Under the pieces are notes generated by a model. That model did not search any database, was not told where the DNA came from, and worked only from the letters and a program-made list of their open reading frames with translations. From contig NC_042997.1 in assembly GCF_006345805.1 (NCBI RefSeq), positions 122,822,001-122,886,000 of the forward strand: a stretch of 64,000 nt of DNA, given 5' to 3'. The position numbers and the translations under genes are program-made. The DNA is from Octopus sinensis (lineage: Eukaryota). Below, piece after piece: positions 38,990-52,139 of the stretch (its first letter is position 1; every line of letters starts with the position of its first letter).

Positions 38990-39620
38990 GGATTCTGTCA
39001 ATGAGCCACAATCTCCGCTGGTTTACTTGCTCATCACCGCTCAACTCATGGACACAAGCAATGATTCCTTTACCGAATCATTACTGGTGACGAAAAATGG
39101 TGCCTGTACATCAATATGATGCAGCGTAAAGAATGGCTTAGCCCCGGTAAACAAGCGACACCGCATAAAACGATATTGAGACTGGGAAGGGATTATCCAT
39201 TACGAATTACTTGAATGGAACCAAACGGTCAACGCGGAATTCTATGTCCAACAGATGGAACGACGCAACACGGCTATTCAAGAGAAAATACCTAATCGGT
39301 AGCATGGAGTTCTTCTGCTGCACTACAAGCCCCCACCCTCATATCAACAATATAACCAAGGAAGCCATTCAAACGCATGGCTGGGAAGTGCTGCCACACT
39401 TAACGTACTCGCCTGATTTGGCACCAACGGATTTCACCTCTTTCGGTCTCTTCCAAATGCTATGCGAGGAGTTTCGTTCAATAATGATGCAGACTTGAGA
39501 GCTTGGCTGGATCAATTTTTCGAGTCAAAATCGGGTGATTTCTACCAACGAGGCATCGAAAATCTTGTTGAATGTTAGGAAAAAGTTGTAAACAACAAGG
39601 GTAAATTAATTATTGATTAA
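38990..39620 (+). mobile_element. mariner (DD34D-type) transposase pseudogene, C-terminal catalytic part
   Basis: RIITGDEKWCLYIN, WEGIIHYELLE..TVNAEFY, WEVLPHLTYSPDLAPTDF, FYQRGIENL; frameshifted. Confidence 0.92.
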
Positions 39621-39675
39621 TTAGATGTTATTTTTTATTAAACATATAAAAACTTTTAAATTTGAAATATATATA

Positions 39676-39870
39676 TTTGTGCTTGTGTTTGTCCCTCTAC
39701 CATCGCTTAACAACCGATTTTCGTGTGTTTACGTATCGTAACTGAGCGGTTCAGCAAAATAGCCGATGGAATAAGTACCAGACTTACAAACAATATGTCC
39801 TGGAGACGATTTCTGCGACCAAAGGTGGTGCCCCATCATGGCCGCAGTCAAATGATTGAAACAAGCAAGT
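39676..39870 (+). mobile_element. SINE family B, 3' half
   Basis: GTGTTTGTCCC..AAAGGTGGTGCCCCATCATGGCCGCAGTCAAATGATTGAAACAAG. Confidence 0.85.
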
Positions 39871-39920
39871 GATAACTACAGTAACTACATAGAAAGAAAC
39901 AAATGCTCTCAAATATACTC

Positions 39921-40313
39921 TCTCTACTCTTTTACTTGTTTTAGTCATTTGACGGCGGCCATGCTGCAGCACCGCCTTTAGTGGAGCAAATCGACCCCAG
40001 AACTTATTCTTTGTAAGCCTAGTACTTATTATATCGGTCTCTGTCGCTAAGTTACGGGGACGTAAACACACCAGCATCGGTTATCAAGTGATGTTGGGGT
40101 GACAAACACAAACACACAAACATATACACACACATACATATATGTATACATATATATACAACGGGCTTCTTTCAGTTTCTGTACCAAATCCACTCACAAG
40201 GCTTTGGTCGGTCGGAAGCTATAGTAGAAAACACACCTGCCCAGGGTGCCACACAGTGGGAATGAATCCGGAACCATGTGGCTGGTAAGCAAGCTACTTA
40301 CCACACAGCCACT
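39921..40313 (-). mobile_element. SINE family B, near full length
   Basis: Reverse complement of 40626-41028, including the central TA/CA linker. Confidence 0.92.
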
Positions 40314-40424
40314 GACCGTGATTTATTAGGTTGATATATTACAACACAGAAGTTGTGCGTATGCATTCATACATTTTATATTACGAGATCAAAAGCTGGA
40401 ATTCTTATTGACAATAACAGTCCT

Positions 40425-40620
40425 GAAGGCGACGAGCTGGCGGAATCTATAACAAACCGAGCAAAAGGATTAGTGGTATTTCGTCCGTCTTTACGCTCTG
40501 ATTTCAAATTTGTTTTCATCTTTTCGGGATCAAAATATACTGGTTGACCGCTGGTATCGGTGTAATCGACTTATACCCTGTCCTGAAATTGCTAACCGAG
40601 CGCCAAAATTCGAATCTATA
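40425..40620 (+). mobile_element. Degenerate SINE family C
   Basis: GAAGGCGACGAGCTGGCGGAATC..GGTATTTCGTCCGTCTTTACGCTCTG..TAATCGACTT. Confidence 0.7.
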
Positions 40621-40625
40621 CTAAC

Positions 40626-40780
40626 AGGCGCAGGAGTGACTGTTTGGTAAGTAGCTTGCTTACCAACCATATGGTTCCGGCGGCAGTGGCATCTTGGGCA
40701 AGTGTCTTCTACTATAGTCTCGGGCCGACCAAAGCCTTGTGAGTGGATTTGGTAGACGGAAACTGAAAGAAGCCCGTCGT

Positions 40781-40814
<34 letters not shown>

Positions 40815-41028
40815 ATGCGTGTATATTTGTGTGTCTGTGTTTGTCCCCCTAGAATTGCTTGACAACCGATGCTGGTGTGTTTATGTCCCCGTCACTTAGC
40901 GGTTCGACAAAAGAAACCGATAGAATAAGTACTGGGCTTACAAAGATTAAGTACCGGGTTCGAGTTGCTCGACCAAAGGCGGTGCTCCAGCATGGCCGCA
41001 GTCAACTGACTGAAACAAGTAAAAGAGT
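40626..41028 (+). mobile_element. SINE family B (tRNA head, CORE-like segment, microsatellite linker, LINE-like 3' tail), full length
   Basis: AGGCGCAGGAGTGACTGTTTGGTAAGTAGCTTGC..CTTGGGCAAGTGTCTT..GGCGGTGCTCCAGCATGGCCGCAGTCAACTGACTGAAACAAGTAAAAGAG. Confidence 0.92.
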
Positions 41029-41037
41029 AACGATGTT

Positions 41038-41270
41038 GAAGGTGACGAGTAGGCAGAATCGATAAGACGCCAGACAAGCTGCTTAGCGGCAATTCTTCCA
41101 TCTTTTCGATCTGAATTCAAATTCACCGAGGTCGGCTTTGCTTTTCATAGATTTGGGGGTTGGTAAATTAAGCAACAGTCAAGCAGTGGAGTTGACGTAG
41201 TCAACTTACCCCCCACCACACACACAGACACCAACATTGCTGGCCTTGAGCCAAAATTTGAAACCGATAT
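41038..41270 (+). mobile_element. Degenerate SINE family C
   Basis: GAAGGTGACGAGTAGGCAGAATCG..CTGAATTCAAATTCACCGAGGTCGGCTTTGCTTTTCAT. Confidence 0.75.
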
Positions 41271-43419
41271 TAATATTCCTGCTTATATAACTGACATAAA
41301 ACGATCGCAGTTTCTGAAATGTGAGAATAAATATAGTTTATTGCCCAAAAGAACTTATGCATTTTCAACAAATATTTATTTTATTAAATTTAAATATAAG
41401 AAGAAACGAGTTTGTCACTTAGAAAATAAGTTTTAATTTTAGTTTCAATATCGAAATATAGTGGAGTTACCTAGCTGGTTTTACGGTTAGATTTTCACTC
41501 GTTTTCATGAATCTATTTATAAAGATATAAAATCAACATGAGTTAGGAAATATTATTTTGAAAGTATAGTTAGAAAGTAACATAAACCACGTGTAAAGTT
41601 TTAAATAAATAATAGTTTCTGATAAATAATCTAAGTTTGGGAAATGTTGAAGTTGTTAAAGTAGATACTAACATCTGGTAGTGTTAATTTAACAGTGTCT
41701 GTCTCTCTAATCAACGTCAGATTGACTACTAAAAATTATTTAATGTTGCACCCGGAGCGTCATATAATCGATAACTTTTCAGATTCAATTTTCTATAAAA
41801 CTTTGATTTAGATGCTCTGTAGAATAAAAGTAGAATTATAGAGAATTTCTGACAGTAGTGAAATGGTTTGCAGATATGATAAACATCAGATATGATAAAT
41901 GTAAAGTATTATACACACAATTAATACAGACGTATTACATATTATGTGTAAGTTGACATAATGCAGTGCTTTTTTTCCTTAATTCATGATAAATATCAAC
42001 TGACGAATAAAATTAAGAAAATGAAAATATTACTGTAAGCTTCACGTTTCAAAGTATGAAATTTCTTCGACATATAATATAATATTAAAAACCAGCCTTC
42101 TCTTTTTACATTTTCTCTTTTGCATACGAAATTGCTGTATATAAGCGCTTATGTAAATTTATTGGTGATTCTTATCGAAGAAATGATTTTTATTAACGTT
42201 GCTATTGTCCTCGAAATGAAACAGTCATGAACAGAACAAAATCTGTTTTCTTATCCTTTGAGACGTTGTACATTGGATGTAAGTAAAAATCAATACTTTA
42301 GGTTATATAGAGTCATTTCTTTTGCTCAAGTCTATTTGATGCTTCATTCGAAAACTAAAACTCGATCAGTTTGTTAAAGTATAATGGCTGTTAGAAAACA
42401 CTTCATTGATATAAATGGCTCTTTGATAGCATAACATTGACTTTAAGGGAAGAACATATATTTTTTGTCTGATTTGTCTTAACAGCTTTCAAACTTCAGT
42501 AAGCTTTCAAAAAGAAAAAAAATGCGTATTAATTTTCAAATGGTTGCTCCGGCATGCTGGAAGATATTCTTTTTATATTGCCAACCAAGTGTTTAAGAAA
42601 TATTGACTCGTACAACTTCAAAGAACGTTCATGTAGTGGAAATATGACAACTAGCTTCTTCATCGACTCCTTTTCTATATAACTTTCTCGTTCACATCAC
42701 ATATTTTTAATGAAACTAATTTAGTTATAGCTTAATAGTTGCTGTTATTTAGATCAAAATCAACGCTTTTAAAACACACATTGTCGGGAAGTTATACAGA
42801 GGGCCACATTGTCCAATATTCTTATTTTTGAGATAATGATTAGATAGGTTACGATGTGATGTAGCTTAGCTGTTATTTCAAAGTTGAATTGTTGCATAGA
42901 TGTTCACTCGCTAGCTATACTCAATTCTAAAATGTTCAAATCTTGCGGAGGATATGAATGTTGTCTTCGTTTCGGGGTTGATAAAATAAAGTACTATTTT
43001 TTACTGAGTTCCATGTAATCAACTAAACATTGCCAACATTGGTGGACTTTGCCTAAATAAGAAAACATTACAGATTTATGTATATCGACAGTGAGATCGA
43101 AGAATCGAGTAAGCGGCAAAGAAATTTTCTTTTCTTAAGTTAGAAGATAAAATCTTACCAAGATCAAGCTAGTCTTTCAAACATTCGATGGATTGTAAAA
43201 CCTAATTCTCTTCACTTAAAACATCTGACAGTCTGTCTAAATTCAGGACACATTATACAGGGTGATGGATTGGCAGCATGGTTCCATTGTCAAATAAAAG
43301 GATGTGTGCCATTTGTAGTTTGGTTATTAATAATTTGAGTTCAATTCTGTCTTGGTTGGTCGATATAACATTTCCGATGTTGATAAAATAAGGTAGCACT
43401 CAAATACTAGGGTCTACAG

Positions 43420-43662
43420 CAGTGTTTCTCGACCTTTTTATCCTTGCGTAATCCCTAAAATAAAATATAGCCTCAAAGAACCCCTGCGCAAAAGCAAAAT
43501 ATATACCATACTTTTTTCATCGTAGTTCACGTGGTAAATATCATATATATATATATATTACGATCATTCATTTAGCATTAGTTGATCACTGTTTCTTGTG
43601 GCACACCTAAGAACTTTTTTGCAGAAACCGAGGGTGCTAGGAACCCCGATTGAGAAACGCTA
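43420..43662. mobile_element. hAT (Charlie-like) MITE inserted in a decayed family C SINE
   Basis: Termini CAGTGTTTCTCGAC / ATTGAGAAACGCTA with internal GAACCCC motifs; no clear 8-bp TSD. Confidence 0.65.
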
Positions 43663-45012
43663 CGATATCAACTAAAGTATTATCCTAAATATCTGGTCTC
43701 ATTAGAGACAATTAGCAAAAAATATACTGAGATTCGTTATTTGTACAATCATTGGAATACCTGACAAAACGCCTTACATTGTGTTCTCAGTTCAAATCTC
43801 ACCCAAATTAATGTTGCCTATCATTCTAGACTGATGCAATTATGTACAACTCAGATGCTAATATTGATTTAATAGGCTAACACCAGTTTTGAAATTTTAT
43901 GTCCACCTTCTAATATTTGAATCAATTTAGTTATGGCACTGACGTTTAGAACTTTTTCATGAAATGTGCATATATGGGTTTGTTATAAAATACATTATGT
44001 TAGATTTAAACTTTGTTCGTTATATCTATTTTACTGTCCAGTTTTAGTAAGATATGCGTGTAAAAATACGTTTAATGTTGAAGGATATTTAAGAGGCACT
44101 TAATGGATCCACCTGGAAGCATTTTGCAGAGAGAATACTTTGTAATGCGGACTGCAATTCCTTTATTCTATCAGGGATAATCACAGCCTAAAGAACAGAA
44201 CAACAAGTGTACAGAGGTAAATATGATAGTACTAAGTGTACTTCTCTAGAATGGCAAAACACACCGCCATACAATTATTCGCTGCATATCAGGAAGTAGT
44301 TTATGATCTTCAACTACGAGGTTGCAGGGTATATTTTAAACAATAGATATGTGTGTTTTGATAATCACCCGATGGAAACATTTAAGATATTCAAGATAGA
44401 AACTTATTGTCAGATCTAAGGCAAGGCTATGTTATAAATATCACCTTTAGTAATATCAACACAATTTACTATAATGCTTCATCCTTATTAATGGAAACGT
44501 TTCCATTAATAGTTGGACATTTCCATTAATAGATACATCAAGCAAATAATAAACAATATGCATCAACAGAAACCCAAACGAATATTCAATATGTCATACT
44601 TTCCAAATATGTTTAATCGCGCTGCACAATGATATTTTCAGATAAAAGGGATTTACAGAAAACATTAAATCTATACAATATCAACAGAGAAAACAACGCA
44701 GAGAAAACATTAACCCGTTCCTTCAATCTTAAATTATTAATGTAGAATCCAGTAATGCTCCGGATGTCACTGACATTCATAAACAAGTATTCCTCAAAAC
44801 CTTTGTGCCCTGGAAAGATAGATAAAACTTTACCTGTTCATGTACGAATTACGCCAGATAGGTAAAACTCAACAGCAAACGAATACCGATATTCATGTAA
44901 ATCTTACCAGCTAAATTTTGCTAAATCAAATTCACTTTCTACCCACTCAATAGGAGATGTGTCTAAAGTACACCGTCAGCAAATAAAAACATTAAAAGAT
45001 AGAGGAAGAAAG

Positions 45013-45058
45013 ATATAGATAGATAGATAGATATATAGATAAATAGATAGATAGATAA

Positions 45059-45122
<64 letters not shown>
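45013..45122. repeat. (GATA)n-(GA)n microsatellite
   Basis: Direct inspection. Confidence 0.95.
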
Positions 45123-45124
<2 letters not shown>

Positions 45125-45298
45125 TCTCCATGCGACTATTATGTTCATAATCAACCTTCAGCTATTTATTGTATAATGCATTCTATAACAAAATGTCGTT
45201 TGTTGCATAAACATAGATGCCTTGAAGATATAATGCTATGTGCAGACTACTGTAATTGTCAAAAGAAGCTTTGTTGTCATTGAGCTTCACTCTCACCG

Positions 45299-45515
45299 AA
45301 GGCGGCGAGCTGGCAGAAACGTTAGCAAGCTGGATGAAATGCTTAGCAATATTTCGTCTGGCTTTACGTTCTGAGTTCAAATTCCGCCGAGGTCGACTTT
45401 GCCTTTCATCCTTACTGGGTCGATAAATTAAGTACCAGTTACGAACTGGGGTCAATCTAAATCGACCGAAATCCTCCTCTAAAATTCGGGCCTTGTGTCA
45501 AGAGTAGAAACTAAT
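45299..45515 (+). mobile_element. SINE family C
   Basis: AAGGCGGCGAGCTGGCAGAAACGTTAGC..GTCGACTTTGCCTTTCATCC..GTCGATAAATTAAGTACCAG. Confidence 0.92.
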
Positions 45516-46002
45516 ATTCCACTTTCATGTAAGACATGGATGCTCTAAGAAAAAAATAAAAGCGTGAAATAACGAGAAAAATAGCCAAACGAGAAATAGG
45601 AACGAGAAAAGGAAAGGTTACAGATAAGGGGAATAAAAGATACGTTCCTTCAGCCTGTTAGAAAAGGAATTAACAATCAACAAATATTGGTGAGTTTAAA
45701 CCGGCGGGGAAAAGCTAAAGTAATTAATTTTATACGACAAATCCGGAGAGGAGACTATTCTCTAATTGGATACTAGAAACTATGCAAGATATTTGCATCT
45801 TGTTATGATTACTAATCTCGAGTTCAGGAGACACGATTCACAAAATAGCAATATTAGTATGTGCAGATATATTTGCAAAGTATCATTCTCATTCATCATG
45901 AAAATACTTATTAAATTGCAAATTGCACTCTGCAGGATATATCCGGTTATATATGAGAGAGGAAATAATTACTGCATTTCTCACTAGGTGAAAAGTAGAG
46001 AT

Positions 46003-46114
46003 GTTATTATTATTATTATTATTAATAATAATAGTAATAATAGTAATAATAATAATAATAACAACAACAACAACAATAATGATAATAATAATGATAATAA
46101 TAATGATAATAATG

Positions 46115-46166
<52 letters not shown>

Positions 46167-46215
46167 CAACGAAGAAAAAATGTCATCATTATTATTATTA
46201 TTACTATTATTATCG
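46003..46215. repeat. (TTA)n/(TAA)n microsatellite with orientation switches
   Basis: Direct inspection. Confidence 0.95.
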
Positions 46216-47330
46216 ATGACAGTTTTATTGTTTTTGCTATCGTTATGATTATTTTGGTTCGATCTCATTCATGGTTGGATTTATGTGGGTAGCAGTTATC
46301 TATATCTTTAAGTATCCACAGGTTTTCGGAACTTTGTACAGTGCTTTGAACCCTCGTGATAATCCTTGCTGTCTCCAAGATACAAATTTTCTATAAGAGA
46401 TCTACGATTCAAATTTTCTTCAGCCATTTTTCTATATCTTTCCTTACTGTTCCCAACGCACCAATTATGGCAGGCACGTTCATTACAGTTTTCATACTCG
46501 AAATTCTTCCGATTTCGTATTTTGAAGGATTGTATTTCTTTTATTTATCTATCTATTTTTTTTTGTGCCGAGGACCTCTTTCTTTATGTTCCTCGAATGA
46601 AACTGTCACGATGTGTCGCTAAGTAAGCAACTTCACTTTTCCTTATCTAAGACACTCCAGCACTATTTCATTCGCTGATTGCACCATCAGTTTCCATCTT
46701 TGAATTCCCATTTCTGATGCAGTTTCCAGTGTAAAACCGTTACAGCCTGATCATACCTTCATTTCTTAAATTCTTCCTGTGACAACGTCGAGTATTCTAC
46801 TGCTATATGTGCCACAGTCACGTTTCAAGTTCCACAAAATCTATAAATTTCTGTCATTCTCTCCATATAAACGTTTTTCGCATGTTGTTTGTTTTTATCG
46901 CTTGCCTTGTGCTGCTACACTTCGGCACTCTGTTTAATTTTTTTCATTGCCTTTTCTAAACCACCCACAATATTTTGTTCCACGTACATCCTCAGTGGCT
47001 TTCCAATATCTGCCATCTAAATGTTCCTTTCAATCTTCCTGACTTGCTCTCTTTGTATTTCATTATTTTTCTTTTCTCCCATTAGGCTTTTGATTGCCAG
47101 ATCTTTATCCGCTGTTTTTAGTAGACTTTATATTTGCTGTTATGTAAATACTCTACAAGGCTATTTTTTTCCATCTGTACATGTTCTTCTTCTACTATCA
47201 AGCCTCTTTCTTACAGTTCTCTCCTGAAATACAGTCAGTTATTACCAGTTGTCGGATGGTAGTTTCCATACATTATTAACAACTTTCTAGTTTATCTGTC
47301 AAGTTTCTTTATGTCATTTTTCTGCCAGTC
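46216..47330 (-). mobile_element. R4/Dong-type LINE 3' fragment, decayed
   Basis: The minus strand reads VPAIIGALGTVRKDIEKWLKKI..KICILETARII (restriction-like endonuclease C-terminus) and runs into (TAA)n. Confidence 0.75.
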
Positions 47331-47399
47331 TGTAATTACATCTTTATAGATAGTAAAGAGTACTGCTCTTTAATTTAGTGCTCCAATACGTAGGTAGGG

Positions 47400-48800
47400 A
47401 TAGCGGGTTTATAACCTGTAACTTTAGGTATCCACAAGTTTTCAGCAGTATTTGAAGTGCTTAGAACTCTCCTGATAAACCTTACTGGCCCTCAGAGGCA
47501 CACCTTCTGTAGAAGCTCTATGGCGCATTCTGTTTCAGTCTCCTTTGCTTACTCTTCCCAACGCAAAAATTATTATCGGCACGGTCTTTACTCTTCTCTT
47601 GCTCCAAATTCTTCCTATTTCAAACTTTAATGGATGGTAATTTTTATGTTTCATATGGTATTTTATCATGCCCAGTACTCCAATTATTATTGGTATTGTT
47701 TTTACCTTCATGTCCCACATTTTGAATACTTCAATTTCGCAGTGTTTGTACTTCGACAATTTGTTTTTGTTTTTTTTTGTTTTTTTTTTTTTGACAATAT
47801 TTTGGCCAGAGGTTTCTGCAATGTATATCAGGAATCCTTGATTATTATGTCTGGACGATTAGCTTTTATTTCTTCGTCTTTTTGAACCGGCATATCTCAG
47901 CTGATTTTAGTCTGATCGTCTAGTACATTGCTTGGTTCATGCTTAAACTACTTGCTGTAAGTTTTGATGTTGTAATGTTGACATATTGTCACGTGGATAA
48001 AACTTCTTACTTTAGCATGTCTCTATACATATTTAGGTTTGTCAAGGAATGGGCAGCCTGAGATGATTCGGGCAACTTTCTCATTGTGCTGGTTGCACAT
48101 TCTGTATTTGGTGTTGAGGCCTATTTTCATTGTTTTGTATTTATAGTCAGGCATTAGACTTGTGTAGCAAGAATCAGTCCTATTTTTGGCTTTTACTCCA
48201 GAGTATTTGAGCCATTGTTGGATTTTACTTAGGTTCATTTCTCTTTCAAGCCTTGCAGATTACTGGACATGAAGTGATTTTTTCTCTCCATTTCTTCAGC
48301 ATCTTTTGCATTTCAGATTCCATGTTTTTTTGTCTTTCTGACCATTTCTGCTATGTTGTCATCTGAGGTCAGTGTGTCAATGTGCTTTGCTTCTATTTCT
48401 TAATATGACGTCTCCTTGTGTGTAGAGAAAAGCGTATTCTTTTTCTCGTGTTGCTTTACTTCATGCAGCAATCTTCCCTGCTTTGTTTCTAAATACTTTG
48501 CTAATCCAACTGTTATTATTTTATAGTAGTTTTCTATCTCTATCAGGCCACGGCCTCCTTCTGAGCTGGGTAGATATACTCTTCCTTCGTCTGCTTTATG
48601 ATGGGAACTTCGGCACGCTGTCAGTACTTTTCTGATTTTTATATGTTGGTTTTCAATTCACTGATCTCTCCGTTTATTATGTTAAACTGTAATTTATGAC
48701 TGGTATTCCGTTTTTCCTATTTTTAGCATTAAGTCCAGTGTTTAATATTAGTCTAACTCTTCTGTAATATCCCCTCGTAATTTTCTGTACGTTGCATTTT
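47400..48800 (-). mobile_element. R4/Dong-type LINE C-terminal fragment (zinc knuckle plus restriction-like endonuclease)
   Basis: YLPSSEGGRGLIE (~48535-48575), YRMCNQHNEKVARIISGCPFL (degenerate CCHC), NRPDIII (~47840-47862), SKYKHCEIE..MW..KTIPIIIGVLG. Confidence 0.88.
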
Positions 48801-49039
48801 AACTGGTGATTGGTCTATAACTATTAGCTATGTTGCCCATGCTTTTGTCATTCGTAATGAGTACTGTTCTCCGTATTGTTATCCAACCTGGTATAACTCC
48901 TTCAGGTATTCTTGAAGTTATTCCCTGGCTCTCTGTCTCGTAAGCTACTAAATTTCTTCAGCCAGTACACTTGAACTAAATCCAGTCGCGGGCCTTTGCA
49001 ATTCAGTAACCTCTCTCACAGAGAACTCATTTATGCAGT

Positions 49040-50300
49040 AGTTAATCTTAAGAACTAGCAGTTTCTAACAAGCTACACTTTTACTTACATTTTGATCGAT
49101 TGGCTTATCCACAAATATTACTCCAGAACTATCCAGCTTCTTCAGCATTAGGTTTTTCATCTTCAGTACTTTCCTCTACACTATTTATTTAACTACAGGA
49201 TCTCCTCTAGGTTTTTTCGCTCTGTCTGTTCTGTTCATACTCATCTATTTGTTTGTGATATCTGGTATTCTTATCTGATATTACTATGATACAGTGCTTC
49301 CACTCTTTAATGATTATCTCAAATCGGTTTTCTTTGACTAAGTATCTTTTCACAAGAGAATAGTTAAATCTGCTGTTTTCTTAATTGTTGCGTTTCCAGG
49401 GCACTCTAGTCTACGCAGATATTGTCTTATAGTCTTTACTTTATTTAGTAATCTACTACCGCACATTTATTCTTTCCTTAACTTTCCTTGAGGAATACCT
49501 AATCTTGACATCAACAAAGAAATGTCCTTCGAGGGCATGTTTAACCCCGCCTGTATTCTTCTTTTCCACCATCGATCCTTCCTTTTTTCACTCCGATTAT
49601 CTTTCTCTTTCTGGACATCAACACACACATTTTCTGCTACAAATATACTTGCTGCCTAGAACACATTGTTTGTTTCTGTCATATGTTTTGTTCTGATGTA
49701 TTTCAGAATTTCATTCACATTTTTCGTTTGTTGGTTCAATTTCCACCGATCAAAATTTTTAAGGTTGCAAATAATATCGCTACCGTTCTCCTGTAGCCTT
49801 ACCTTTATTTTGTATTAGATTGTCTTTCAACCACCTATCATGTCATCATTTGTTTTATTGCTTTCTTCCAAACCATATATATGGCACTCATCGAGCAAGC
49901 TATCATTATTCCTTTCTTGTGGCTTATTAGAGATTTCACCTCTGTTTTCTGTTATGAGATAACGCTTATTAGTAGGGAAGGTATTTTCATCATTTCCTCT
50001 GTTGCTGTTTTCCAATACCCATCTTTTGACAGCTTCGAGCTCTACATCTGTGAACCAGCGATTTATTCTTATTGCTCTAGCTTGTCACATAATCCCTGTT
50101 CCGTGAGTGAAAACAATCCACTTCCTCTCAATTGATCATACATACGTTATCGGTGTCGCCTAAGATTAACACCATTTACGTCTACTGTGTTGCTCAATTT
50201 GTACCAATCCATGACCACAGCATTGATTAGTTCTTTCAACCTACGCTGTGTTAGCTGGTCCCTTGCTGGATAACGACTGACTGGAGTCGGACCTGTAACT
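49040..50300 (-). mobile_element. R4/Dong-type LINE N-terminal (pre-RT) region, decayed
   Basis: NVNEILKYIRTKHMTETNNVF*AASIFVAE..DRWWKRRIQ and PNAEEAG*FWSNI, recalled as R4-clade N-terminal motifs. Confidence 0.6.
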
Positions 50301-50515
50301 CCTAGCCTGCCGGGTGTACACTGTCACCATCAAGGTCTTCAGTTTTATTTCCATCGATATTCACTATATTGTGTTTGCTCATTGTCATTCATATGAGGTA
50401 GCGATTATCAGGTTGTGTAATTACCATTGATTTTATTGTGAGAGCATCACTAGATGTATTGCCAATCAGAACATAGGGAAATTTCAACCGCTTCTTTTCA
50501 TTATTATTATTATTA

Positions 50516-50586
<71 letters not shown>

Positions 50587-50667
50587 TGTCATTATTAATA
50601 TTTCCTATGATGTCGCATGAGTTTTGGCGTTAGAAGAAATAAATAAATAAATAATAATAATAACAAC

Positions 50668-50716
<49 letters not shown>

Positions 50717-51276
50717 GCAGAGAAAAATGAAAAAGGAAAAATGAAAGAAGTACAAAGGAGTACAAAAGAGTACACAATCGACTCCATGTAGACAACAGAA
50801 ATTGCTGGAAAAAATAGATAGGATTAGCTGAAGAAAGGAACATTAAAAAAGAGACCGAGAGCATTATACTGGCAGCGCAAGATCAAGCTTTGGCCAAGGA
50901 CTAGAGGGAATTGATGTTGCATGCCTCTTTGACCCATGAATAGTGAAGAAGGAAGGCGAAAAGTAGATTAATACAACCCTCATAAGTACGAAATAGCCCG
51001 GATGAGGAAAATGAAGGTGAAGATAGTGCCAATTATTGTTGGGTCCTCGTGAACAGAATCAGATGGCATCAATAAGAATGAAAAGGAAATTGGAATAGAG
51101 TGCCCAGTAGAAATGCTGCAAAATATATGCCTCCTAGACACGGCCAGAATAATCAGGGAACTATTAGATTACTGAAGAGAACGGATAACATGGAACCGTA
51201 GACTGCAGGTATCAAGACCGCTAGGCATGGAAGACCCCAGGAGTTCCGAGCAAATCTGTGAAAAAAAGGAAGAAAG

Positions 51277-51277
<1 letters not shown>
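50717..51277 (+). mobile_element. R4/Dong-type LINE 3' fragment flanked on both sides by (TAA)n
   Basis: LKKGTLKKETESIILAAQDQAL, KYEIARMRKMKVKIVPIIVG, LQNICLLDTARIIRELL. Confidence 0.85.
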
Positions 51278-51338
<61 letters not shown>

Positions 51339-51458
51339 CAGAACACTTTCCATACAATAACCATCAGAGCATCACAACAAATCACAGCACATACCCAAGG
51401 CACACAGAGCTGCGCTCGGTAGTGAAGTGAAAGTATACTATAAAAATAAAACTACTGA
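51339..51458 (+). mobile_element. ~120-bp 3' stub of another R4/Dong-type LINE inside (TAA)n
   Basis: RTLSIQ* then a short UTR ending ACTACTG-AATAATAAT; (TAA)n on both sides. Confidence 0.65.
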
Positions 51459-51470
51459 ATAATAATAATA

Positions 51471-51561
<91 letters not shown>

Positions 51562-51600
51562 AAGAAGAAGAAGAAGAAAAACAACAACAACAACAAAAAG
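51459..51600. repeat. (TAA)n-(GAA)n-(CAA)n compound microsatellite
   Basis: Direct inspection. Confidence 0.95.
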
Positions 51601-52034
51601 AAAAAGTAAAAGAAGTAAAGAGACATAATCAAATGTAATACAGGAAATAAAATATGGAATCTTTCTCTGGCTTGTTGCCACACTCTGCGTCACACGAAGT
51701 CGGTAATTCAGCTGAAGGTATTTTTAAAGAAAATTCCCAGAATAATCTAGCAGTAATCATAATCCTTCTTCTTTGTTGTGTTAGATTTCAATGGTCGTTT
51801 TTCTTCAACCTCAATTATCATTATTTTGAACTGAATATTTTCGAGGAATAATTTTCTGCTCCAGCGAAATTTACTTCGTTCTCTCCCCTTCAATTTTTTT
51901 ACTTAGTATTTATTGGTTTTAGGTAGGGAGGATAGTTTTCCAAGCTAAAAGGGACTCGCGTGTGTGTGCGCCCGCGAGTGTGTTTGTATGTTTGTGTGTG
52001 CGTGTACAAGTGTGTATGTATATGTGTGCGTAAG

Positions 52035-52139
<105 letters not shown>

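Noticed and set aside
45984-46268. Poly-L/poly-N/poly-I ORFs resembling membrane or prion-like proteins
   Set aside because: They are translations of (TAA)n.
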